34,218 bases of DNA from an uncultured Eubacteriaceae bacterium (GTDB taxonomy: Bacteria; Bacillota; Clostridia; Lachnospirales; CAG-274). The notes under the pieces are model-generated. The model saw nothing but the letters and a program-made list of their open reading frames with translations, was not told where the DNA came from and searched no databases. Numbering within the stretch: position 1 is the first letter of the stretch; each line of letters starts with the position of its first letter. Location: positions 1-34,218 of the forward strand of contig CALIRN010000327.1 of the NCBI GenBank assembly GCA_938042265.1. The letters are read 5' to 3'. Below, one piece after another: positions 8,651 through 16,160 of this stretch. The position numbers and the translations under genes were made by a program.

Positions 8651-10051
8651 ATGCTGGAAATTTTTATACTGCTTTCAAAATATCTGTTTATAATTTATAT
8701 GTTTTTATTTCTGTTAAGCGGCTTCTGCATAAATCTGTCAAAAGAGGGCGCAGGGCTTAATGAGCTGTTTTTTGCAACCATACAGCGTGTTATGATTGTT
8801 ATGTTTCATATAACAGCCTTTGCTATACTGGTGCTTAACGATAAGGAGACAACTGCTGTTACTCTGGTTTTCGGCTGCTGCACACTGCTTTATATACTGA
8901 TATCGAACCTGCTGCTCAGTAAAATTTACAAAAACAGCAGTACCGTACTATATAACGGTATATTCTTTTTGGCAGACATTGGTATTGTAATGCTTACAAG
9001 GCTTGATAATGAGCTTGCAACAAAACAGTTTATGTGGTGTATTTTGGGACTGCTTGCACTGCTTATTCTGCCACCCATATTAAATGCGCTGCCCCGTCTT
9101 GACAGCTTTAAGGTACTGTACGGTGCTTTTGCAATAATTATGCTGGTATCCACATTGGCATTCGGTACAAGTCTTTACGGCTCTACAAACTGGATTTCAA
9201 TAGGTCCCATAGCCTTTCAGCCCTCAGAGGTGGTAAAGCTGCTGTTTGTATTTTTTCTGGCATCTGCCCTGGCTCAAAAGCCTGATATGCGTCAGCTTTT
9301 GCCTCCTGCCATTGTCAGTGCGGTAATTATACTCTGCCTTGTGGGGCAGAAGGACTTAGGCTCTGCTCTTATATTTGCAATGACCTTTCTTGTGGTACTG
9401 TATATTGCCACCTCAAACAGTCTGCTGCTTGTATTCGGGCTTGCCGTAGGCTCAGCCGCCGCATTTTTAGGCTATCTTATATTCCCTCATGTACAGACAA
9501 GGGTAAATGTATGGCTTGATCCTTGGGCAGATGTTGAACACGGCGGCTATCAGATAGCCCAGTCATTATTTGCAATAGGCTCCTACGGCTTATGGGGCAG
9601 CGGTTTTACAAGAGGCTATGCAACCTATATTCCCGTTGTGGAGCGTGACTTTATATTTTCGGCTGTCTGCGAGGAGTTTGGTGTGCTTTTCGGTATAGGG
9701 CTTATATTGGTATTTGTAATGATATTTCTTGAAGGTGTACGTGCCGCCCTTTACAGCAGAAGCCGTTATCTTACCCTGCTAAGTGCAGGCTTAACCTCAC
9801 TGCTGACCTTCCAGACCTTTCTGATAATAGGCGGCGATATTAAATTTGTACCTCTTACAGGTGTAACTCTGCCCTTTGTAAGCTATGGCGGTACATCAAT
9901 TACCATAAGCTTTGTAATTATATCCATAATACAATGGATATATATGCGCAACAATATATATAAAGAGGATAAAGCCCCTGAGGAATATACCCCTGCGCTT
10001 GTGGATGAGTCTGCTCCTCCGCGCCGCAGAAGAAGGAGACGTGTACAATGA
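8651..10051 (+). CDS. SEDS-family FtsW/RodA/SpoVE peptidoglycan polymerase
   Basis: Multi-TM protein with FQPSEVVKLLFVFFLA and GVTLPFVSYGGTS motifs. The ATG at 8651 is preceded by GAGGTG. It has an Arg-rich tail (PPRRRRRRRVQ). Its stop overlaps the PBP start (ATGA). Confidence 0.85.
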   Translation: MLEIFILLSKYLFIIYMFLFLLSGFCINLSKEGAGLNELFFATIQRVMIVMFHITAFAILVLNDKETTAVTLVFGCCTLLYILISNLLLSKIYKNSSTVLYNGIFFLADIGIVMLTRLDNELATKQFMWCILGLLALLILPPILNALPRLDSFKVLYGAFAIIMLVSTLAFGTSLYGSTNWISIGPIAFQPSEVVKLLFVFFLASALAQKPDMRQLLPPAIVSAVIILCLVGQKDLGSALIFAMTFLVVLYIATSNSLLLVFGLAVGSAAAFLGYLIFPHVQTRVNVWLDPWADVEHGGYQIAQSLFAIGSYGLWGSGFTRGYATYIPVVERDFIFSAVCEEFGVLFGIGLILVFVMIFLEGVRAALYSRSRYLTLLSAGLTSLLTFQTFLIIGGDIKFVPLTGVTLPFVSYGGTSITISFVIISIIQWIYMRNNIYKEDKAPEEYTPALVDESAPPRRRRRRRVQ

Positions 10052-11529
10052 AAAAAACAATTAAAAAGGTGTTCTGGATATACACCCTGCTGTTTGTTCT
10101 GCTTATAGGCTATCTGTGCAGAGTATCCCTTGCAGACAGCAGCCAATATATTACAAACTCCTATAATCCCAGATTAAACAGGGCTTCAGAATATATAAAA
10201 CGTGGAGATATACTGGACATAAACGGGCAGGTACTTGCCTACTCCCAAAGAGATGAAAACGGAGTTTACCACAGATATTACAACGAGTCAAACATTTTCT
10301 CCAACATAACCGGCTATACGTCAAAGGGCAAGACAGGTGTTGAGGCAAAATACAACTTTATGCTTGAAACCGTCAGCTCGGAGCTTATGCAGCGTATAAA
10401 GGATGCCTTTGCAGGTACGGAGATCAGCGGAGATGACGTGGTGCTTACAATAGATGCCGACCTGCAGCGCCTTGCAGCAGAAAAGCTTGGCACCTCAAAA
10501 GGTGCCATTGTGGCAATGGAGCCGTCCACCGGCAGGGTACTTGCCATGGCAACTTATCCCAATTACGATGCAAACACGTTAAACGAGGATTGGGAAAACC
10601 TAAACAGTCCCGACAGTAACTCACCGCTTTTAAACAGAGCTGCACAGGGGCTTTATCCGCCGGGCTCCACATTTAAAATACTTACAGCCTCCGCCGCCTT
10701 GGCAGAGGACCCTGATTATATTAATTACAGTATGGTATGTGAGGGAGAAAAAAGGTTTAACAGCTCTACACGTATCCGTTGCTATGATTCAAAAGCACAT
10801 GGTCACGAGGATATGACAAAGGCATTTGCCAAGTCCTGCAACACCTATTTTTCAACCGTAGGCACAATGCTCGGCATTGAAAAGCTTAACAGTACGGCAT
10901 ACACCTTTAAATTTAATCAGGTTTTGGAATTTCCACTAGAGTACTCAAAAAGCTCCTTTTCCCTGCCTTTGGACTCAAGCCTTTCGGCAGTTGTGGAGAC
11001 CTCAATCGGACAGGGTAAAACCCTTGTTACACCTCTGCATATGGCTATGATCACCTCTGCTGTTGCAAACGGCGGTATAATGATGAAGCCATATATTGTT
11101 GACCACTCACAATCACAAAACGGAGCTCTGAAAAACCGCACCATACCCGAAAAACTGACGGAAATTATGTCTGCCAATGAGGCTGCACAAATTACCGAGC
11201 TTATGAAGAGTGTTGTAAACAACGGCACTGCTACAGATGCAGCCTTTACCATATCTGAGTCAGATTTTGCCGTATCAGGTGCCTCATTTGAGCTTACATC
11301 TCCGGGAGCCTTAGGTATACCCATGGGCAAGGTACAGGTTGCAGGCAAAACAGGTACTGCGGAGAATGCAGGCGGTGATGACCATGCATGGTTTGTTGCC
11401 TTTGCACCTGCCGATAACCCAAAAATCGCCGTTGCAATTATACTAGAAAACGCAGGACACGGCTCAAAAGCAATAAGCAGTACAAGAGATATTATGAAGT
11501 ATTATTTCACACACTGCATTTATAAATAA
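10048..11529 (+). CDS. Class B penicillin-binding protein (transpeptidase, PBP2/FtsI-like)
   Basis: N-terminal TM anchor, then active-site motifs STFK (GSTFKILTA), SCN (KSCN) and KTGTA. Translationally coupled to the SEDS gene. Confidence 0.85.
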   Translation: MKKTIKKVFWIYTLLFVLLIGYLCRVSLADSSQYITNSYNPRLNRASEYIKRGDILDINGQVLAYSQRDENGVYHRYYNESNIFSNITGYTSKGKTGVEAKYNFMLETVSSELMQRIKDAFAGTEISGDDVVLTIDADLQRLAAEKLGTSKGAIVAMEPSTGRVLAMATYPNYDANTLNEDWENLNSPDSNSPLLNRAAQGLYPPGSTFKILTASAALAEDPDYINYSMVCEGEKRFNSSTRIRCYDSKAHGHEDMTKAFAKSCNTYFSTVGTMLGIEKLNSTAYTFKFNQVLEFPLEYSKSSFSLPLDSSLSAVVETSIGQGKTLVTPLHMAMITSAVANGGIMMKPYIVDHSQSQNGALKNRTIPEKLTEIMSANEAAQITELMKSVVNNGTATDAAFTISESDFAVSGASFELTSPGALGIPMGKVQVAGKTGTAENAGGDDHAWFVAFAPADNPKIAVAIILENAGHGSKAISSTRDIMKYYFTHCIYK

Positions 11530-11543
11530 TCTGCTGCAATAAT

Positions 11544-11574
11544 AAAAGAACGTGTATTCCCACGTTCTTTTTTA
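11544..11574 (+). terminator. Intrinsic terminator of the zapA-to-PBP operon
   Basis: AAAAGAACGTG-loop-CACGTTCTTTTTT immediately after the PBP stop. Confidence 0.75.
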
Positions 11575-11579
11575 ATACA

Positions 11580-11617
11580 AAAAAACTGCTGCATGACAGT
11601 TTCCTGTCATACAGCAG
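11580..11617 (-). terminator. Intrinsic terminator of the 676-aa secreted protein gene
   Basis: Minus strand reads CTGCTGTATGACAG-GAAA-CTGTCATGCAGCAG followed by TTTTTT. Confidence 0.75.
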
Positions 11618-11631
11618 CCTAATTTTAACAA

Positions 11632-13662
11632 TTAATCTTCAACCTTAATCTTAAAATCATATTCATCTGTATCATCTTTATCCTCACCCTGAGCAACAAC
11701 CATATAGGATACTCTGCTGCCCGCATCATCGGCATTGAACTCAAGCTCCCAGATATACTCATTATTCTTTTCTCTGTCAGGCTTTGAAACACGGTCAACC
11801 TTATCACCCGAGGCATCCTCAATCCATACCTTTTCAACCGCCTTGTTGGTATAAACCGTAACCTGAACATCGTCACCCTCATCTACGGTAGTGTCTGAAA
11901 TATCAACGGAATTAATCTCCGCCTTTTCAGCCTCATATACATCAAGGGTAAACTTTCTGCTGTCGGAGTTATCGTCATCATCATAAGCGTATGCTACATA
12001 CTCATCATCGGCATCTCCTGCAGTGATTGTAACCTTAAATTCCTTAGCGCTGCCACTTGTTGAGCCCTTTTCGGAAGATCCAAGCTCTTTACCGCCCTTG
12101 GTCTTTACAATAACCTTTTCCGCCGATTTTGTAGTTCTGATAACCAGCTTACAATCCTCGTCCTCCTCAACGTCCTTGGTTTTCTGCTCAACATTAAGCA
12201 CTACCAAATCACTTTTTGAATAGCTGTCGCCTGAAATCTTAAAGGTATCCTTTGTTTCGTTTCCATCCTCATCATAAGCGTAAACGGTAAACTTTTCGGT
12301 TTCATCTGACTCCATCTCAAAGCTTAAGGTCCACTTATATTTATTTGAATACTTCTTGCTCGTAAATGCAGTTGATGCCATTCTTTCATCATCACTATTA
12401 TATACGGAAACCTCGGTAATATCGGTACTTGTATAGATTATTACCTTAGCGTCCTCACCCTTATAAACATCCTCATCCGGTACTTCAATATCAATTATTT
12501 CAAGATCACCGTAATCCTCATCACTGTCATCATCCGGATCGGTTACCTTGACAATAACCGTCTGAGAGTCAGTTTCATAGCCGCCGTCCTCTGTGGATAG
12601 GAATACATACAGCTTAACCGTACCCTTCTTGGTCATTTTGGTCTTAACGGTAAATTCTCTTTCATCGTCATCCTCGTCATAACTGGATACAACGGCATTT
12701 TTATCACTGAAGTTATTTGTTACCTTAACTCTGTTTACCTCGTCATCGGTTTTGATAACAAGCTCAACATAATCATCAATTTCAACATTTTTACTGCTTA
12801 GCTTAATGCTTACCATATGGTCCGACTCATAGTTGCTCTGTACACCAAGCTCATCACTGCTCTTTTTAGTAGTAGTTTCGGTAGTGGTTTCCTTGGTGGT
12901 TATAGCTGCACTTGAAATCATTACGGATACCTTTCCGCTGCTTTCAAGGGACTCAATATATCCGCTGCCGCTGCCCGGATAAACATAATAGGTTTTAATA
13001 ACACTGTCGCTTTCAGTATTGGTAGGAGTAAGCTTGCATATAAAGGTACGTGTTCCATCGGTAGCCTCCGTATACTGTTTAACCTCCGAGATAACCTCCT
13101 TGGTATCTGAATCCACAAACTTGACTGCAGAAGCACCTGTTGCAGTTGCGCTTAGAGCAATTTCAGTACCCGAGGCAACAACCGTATTGGAGGCTGATAC
13201 GGATTTAATTTTAGGTGTATCGGTAGTAATGTTTACACACCTTTTTGTATCGTCCCATTCAACCTCAGCACCTATGGACTCTGCCAACATTCTGACAGGC
13301 ATAAGCGTTCTGTTGTTTTTGTTGATTGACTTTGTATCAAATCTTACCGGATTACCGTTTACATATACAATATCCGAGCGCATTGTATGTGCAATAGTAA
13401 CACCCTCACGGGTAAATGTAAGTGTTTCGGTTTTTGAGTTCCAGTCTATGGTCAGACCCAGACTTTCGGCGGTTTTTCTGATAGGTACGTATGTACGCTG
13501 GCTGAAAATCTGCGGCTGTGCATCATTACTGTCAAAAACAATCTGCTCACCGTTTAAGTAAACAGGTATAATCTCTGCGGCATATACCGCAGTAGAGCCT
13601 GAAATGCCAAAGCATCCCAACGCCATAATAATGGTCATCATAATTCCTATAATACGACGCAT
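11632..13662 (-). CDS. Secreted protein: signal peptide, copper-amine-oxidase-N-like (stalk) domain, then acidic tandem Ig-like repeats
   Basis: Signal peptide MRRIIGIMMTIIMALGCFG..AVYA. The segment VYLNGEQIVFD...YVPIRKTAESLGLTIDWN...LMPVRMLAESIGAEVEWD matches the clostridial Cu_amine_oxidN1-type repeat. At least five D/E-rich modules of ~85 aa follow (e.g. EKFTVYAYDEDGNETKDTFKISG, DEYVAYAYDDDDNSDSRKFTLDV). Confidence 0.7.
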   Translation of the reverse strand: MRRIIGIMMTIIMALGCFGISGSTAVYAAEIIPVYLNGEQIVFDSNDAQPQIFSQRTYVPIRKTAESLGLTIDWNSKTETLTFTREGVTIAHTMRSDIVYVNGNPVRFDTKSINKNNRTLMPVRMLAESIGAEVEWDDTKRCVNITTDTPKIKSVSASNTVVASGTEIALSATATGASAVKFVDSDTKEVISEVKQYTEATDGTRTFICKLTPTNTESDSVIKTYYVYPGSGSGYIESLESSGKVSVMISSAAITTKETTTETTTKKSSDELGVQSNYESDHMVSIKLSSKNVEIDDYVELVIKTDDEVNRVKVTNNFSDKNAVVSSYDEDDDEREFTVKTKMTKKGTVKLYVFLSTEDGGYETDSQTVIVKVTDPDDDSDEDYGDLEIIDIEVPDEDVYKGEDAKVIIYTSTDITEVSVYNSDDERMASTAFTSKKYSNKYKWTLSFEMESDETEKFTVYAYDEDGNETKDTFKISGDSYSKSDLVVLNVEQKTKDVEEDEDCKLVIRTTKSAEKVIVKTKGGKELGSSEKGSTSGSAKEFKVTITAGDADDEYVAYAYDDDDNSDSRKFTLDVYEAEKAEINSVDISDTTVDEGDDVQVTVYTNKAVEKVWIEDASGDKVDRVSKPDREKNNEYIWELEFNADDAGSRVSYMVVAQGEDKDDTDEYDFKIKVED

Positions 13663-13700
13663 ATAATCATCCTCTCTCTTTTGTTTTCCCTTTTTGTTTG

Positions 13701-13729
13701 ATTATAGCATATTACATTTTGCTTATCAA
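13701..13729 (-). promoter_or_regulatory. Strong sigma-A promoter (TTGATA - 17 nt - TGcTATAAT) for the 676-aa protein gene
   Basis: Minus strand reads TTGATAagcaaaatgtaatatgcTATAAT, about 40 nt upstream of the ATG. Confidence 0.6.
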
Positions 13730-13773
13730 CGTTATAACAAAATTGTAATAATAATTTTATATTTGTAACCTGC

Positions 13774-14424
13774 TTATATTCCGTATGTTCTCCTATATTC
13801 CTTCATAGCTTCAAGATACTGTCTGCCCTCGATTGTACCGTCCTCAATACACTCAATAATATCGCATACGGTTACAATAGGATATACCTTAATGCCAAAT
13901 TCGTCGTTAACCTCCTGTACGGCGCTCTTTTCACCCTTGCCCTTTTCCATTCTGTCAACGGAGATAATAACAGCCTTTACATCAACATTTGCAGCATTCT
14001 TAAGGATAGGCATGGTCTCCCTAATAGCCGTACCTGCGGTAATAACATCCTCGATAACAGCAACCCTGTCACCGTCCTGCAGCTTGTGTCCAACAAGTAT
14101 ACCGCCCTCACCGTGATCCTTTGCTTCCTTTCTGTTAAAACAGTAGTTTACACTTTTACCGGTACTGTTATAAAGCGCCGTTGCAGCAGCCACCGCAAGA
14201 GGTATACCCTTATATGCAGGTCCGAAAAACACATCTGCATCAATCTTATTCTCCTCAATGCACTGTGCATAAAACCCTCCCAGCTTTGCAATATGCTCGC
14301 CTGTCCTGTAGTTGCCTGTATTGATAAAGTAAGGCGCCTTTCTGCCGCTTTTAAGAGTAAACTCTCCAAAGTTAAGCAAACCTGCCTCACACATAAACTT
14401 AATAAATTCCTTCTTATAGCTCAT
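13774..14424 (-). CDS. pyrE: Orotate phosphoribosyltransferase
   Basis: MSYKKEFIKFM..GLLNFGEFTLKSGRKAPYFINTG and the PRPP-binding loop VAVIEDVITAGTA. The ATG at 14424 is preceded by GGAGG. The GTG at 14436 overlaps the RBS. Confidence 0.9.
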   Translation of the reverse strand: MSYKKEFIKFMCEAGLLNFGEFTLKSGRKAPYFINTGNYRTGEHIAKLGGFYAQCIEENKIDADVFFGPAYKGIPLAVAAATALYNSTGKSVNYCFNRKEAKDHGEGGILVGHKLQDGDRVAVIEDVITAGTAIRETMPILKNAANVDVKAVIISVDRMEKGKGEKSAVQEVNDEFGIKVYPIVTVCDIIECIEDGTIEGRQYLEAMKEYRRTYGI

Positions 14425-14541
14425 AATAACCTCCACAAATAATTATTTAAGGCATTGCCTTATGCTTATTTTATCACAGCTTTTATTTAATTACAATCAC
14501 TTTTAAGGTGGTTTGAAAATTTAAAATATTAATAATTTGTC

Positions 14542-14571
14542 TTGAAAACAGTTATTTTATTTTGCTATAAT
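14542..14571 (+). promoter_or_regulatory. Sigma-A promoter TTGAAA - 18 nt - TGcTATAAT
   Basis: Near-consensus -35 and an extended -10. It is divergent from the pyrE promoter and lies about 85 nt upstream of the 20-codon ORF. Confidence 0.55.
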
Positions 14572-14655
14572 GGCTTTATAAATTGATATAAGGATAGGCT
14601 GCTATTTTCCTATATCTGCCTCTGCCCTCTAGTACATAAGGAGGGTGATGCCCTT

Positions 14656-14718
14656 ATGTGCATAATGAAAGTTTTAACATTATTGCTTGTAATTTTTGCA
14701 GCACTGTCTTACATATAA
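14656..14718 (+). CDS. Candidate 20-aa hydrophobic micro-protein (MCIMKVLTLLLVIFAALSYI)
   Basis: AAGGAGG at 14638-14644, 11 nt before the ATG. Single predicted TM-like helix. Own promoter upstream and a strong hairpin downstream. No homology check was possible. Confidence 0.35.
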   Translation: MCIMKVLTLLLVIFAALSYI

Positions 14719-14730
14719 GACAATAAAAAG

Positions 14731-14771
14731 AAATAAGCATCCTTCACGGCTCAAGGTGAAGATGCTTATTT
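14731..14771 (+). terminator. Stem-loop terminator after the micro-ORF
   Basis: AAATAAGCATC(C)TTCAC-ggctcaag-GTGAAGATGCTTATTT, about 16 bp with one bulge, followed by a T-rich stretch. Confidence 0.55.
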
Positions 14772-14953
14772 CATAAGTAATTTTTTACTGATGGCAACCG
14801 TAAATTGCTCCAATAACCTGATAACCCAATTATACACCGGATCCTTTGAAAAATAAAGCAGTCTTTTGAATTTTTCCTTATAATTTTTACCACCTTGTAG
14901 AATACCCCTGAATTTGTTATAATAAAAATGATTTTTTATGAAAGGAGTTAATT

Positions 14954-15814
14954 ATGACAGACAAACAAAAGGGCATAGCCTTTATAATACTTTCGGCATT
15001 TTGCTTTGCACTGATGAACGCCCTTGTACGGCTGGCAGGAGATGTACCTACAATACAAAAAAGCTTTTTCCGAAACTTTATAGCATTTATATTTGCAGGG
15101 GCAGTGCTTATTACTTCAGGCAACGGCATACATTACAAAAAAGCTGATTTACCCCTGCTTATACTGCGCTCATTAATGGGTACGATAGGCATACTTGGTA
15201 ACTTTTACGCTGTAGACCACCTTAATATTGCGGATGCCTCAATGCTTAACAAGCTTTCTCCGTTTTTTGCAATTATTTTTTCATTTATATTTTTGAGGGA
15301 AAAACCAAAGCTGACACAGTCCATAGGTGTTATTGTAGCATTTATAGGCAGTCTGTTTATAATAAAGCCCACAATGAATTTATCGGAGTTTGCACCTGCC
15401 CTTGCGGGACTTATGGGCGGTATGGGTGCAGGTATTGCCTATACGGCGGTACGAGCACTTGGCAAAAAGGGAGTCAAGGGGCCTTTAATTGTGTTCTTTT
15501 TTTCAGGCTTTTCCTGTATTGTAACGTTGCCGTATCTGCTATTTAATTACCACCCAATGACCCTTATGCAGCTTTTAATTCTGCTTATGGCAGGTCTTGC
15601 GGCATCCGGCGGGCAGTTTGCAATAACGTCGGCATACTCACATGCGCCTGCAAAGGAGATTTCCGTATTTGATTATACCAATATTGTGTTTGCCGCAATA
15701 CTGGGTTTTTTCATGTTCGGTCAGCTGCCTGATGTATACAGCTTTGTTGGCTATGTAATCATATGCGGCGTTTCGGTTTTGATGTTCTTTGCCGATAATA
15801 AAAGGACAGCATAA
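14954..15814 (+). CDS. DMT-superfamily EamA-like transporter
   Basis: 286 aa with about 10 hydrophobic segments arranged as two EamA-type halves. RBS AAAGGAG. TGTTATAAT promoter element about 40 nt upstream. Confidence 0.75.
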   Translation: MTDKQKGIAFIILSAFCFALMNALVRLAGDVPTIQKSFFRNFIAFIFAGAVLITSGNGIHYKKADLPLLILRSLMGTIGILGNFYAVDHLNIADASMLNKLSPFFAIIFSFIFLREKPKLTQSIGVIVAFIGSLFIIKPTMNLSEFAPALAGLMGGMGAGIAYTAVRALGKKGVKGPLIVFFFSGFSCIVTLPYLLFNYHPMTLMQLLILLMAGLAASGGQFAITSAYSHAPAKEISVFDYTNIVFAAILGFFMFGQLPDVYSFVGYVIICGVSVLMFFADNKRTA

Positions 15815-15822
15815 TTAAGCCG

Positions 15823-15843
15823 AGTCAAGGATATTCGTACTCC
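15823..15843. repeat. 21-nt perfect repeat AGTCAAGGATATTCGTACTCC (copy B), followed by a cluster of four hairpins
   Basis: Identical to 2911-2931. Downstream hairpins: GGCGAAT/ATTCGCC, CAGCGTGTCGA/TCGACACGCTG, GCGCCCCACTT/AAGTAGGGCGC, and the terminator at 15957-15986. Confidence 0.8.
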
Positions 15844-15956
15844 GCTATCGCTGCGTACTCATAACCGACGGCGAATAAATTCGCCTCAGCGTGTCGAAAA
15901 AGTCGACACGCTGAAGCGCCCCACTTAAGAAGTAGGGCGCTTACTTAGTCTGTTAA

Positions 15957-15986
15957 AAAGGGGAAACCGCAAACGGTTTCCCCTTT
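15957..15986. terminator. Bidirectional intrinsic terminator between the convergent EamA and small-ORF/1180-aa genes
   Basis: AAAGGGGAAACCG-CAAA-CGGTTTCCCCTTT with A/T tracts on both sides. Confidence 0.75.
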
Positions 15987-15997
15987 CAATTTACTTA

Positions 15998-16144
15998 TTA
16001 ACCAAGCTGATTTGTGCTTGTCTTCACTTTCTTAACATTTGCACTGTTTGGTGCAGCAGCCGAACGGGCAACATTAACACTTGTTGTGTCAACCGAATCG
16101 AAAGTAGTGATTACTGCATTCGGTTTATCATATACTTTTTTCAT
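15998..16144 (-). CDS. Candidate 48-aa small protein (MKKVYDKPNAVITTFDSVDTTSVNVARSAAAPNSANVKKVKTSTNQLG)
   Basis: It starts 17 nt after the stop of the 1180-aa gene, with a very strong RBS (AGGAGGTAGGAGATT-ATG). It ends with a double stop TAATAA just before the bidirectional terminator. It is missing from the ORF track because it is under 60 aa. Confidence 0.45.
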   Translation of the reverse strand: MKKVYDKPNAVITTFDSVDTTSVNVARSAAAPNSANVKKVKTSTNQLG

Positions 16145-16160
16145 AATCTCCTACCTCCTG

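Noticed and set aside
14437-15000. Search for TRAP-type (G/U)AG repeat targets in the EamA transporter leader, and likewise in the azlC, pyk, ABC exporter and zapA-like leaders.
   Set aside because: No run of three or more regularly spaced GAG/UAG triplets is present in any 5' region of the window, so no TRAP site is claimed.
2911-15843. The 21-bp perfect direct repeats, 12.9 kb apart, as att sites flanking an integrated island.
   Set aside because: The enclosed genes are core functions (zapA-like, U32, SEDS/PBP, pyrE). There is no integrase or mobility gene, and the similarity extends into colinear modules instead of ending at a crossover core.
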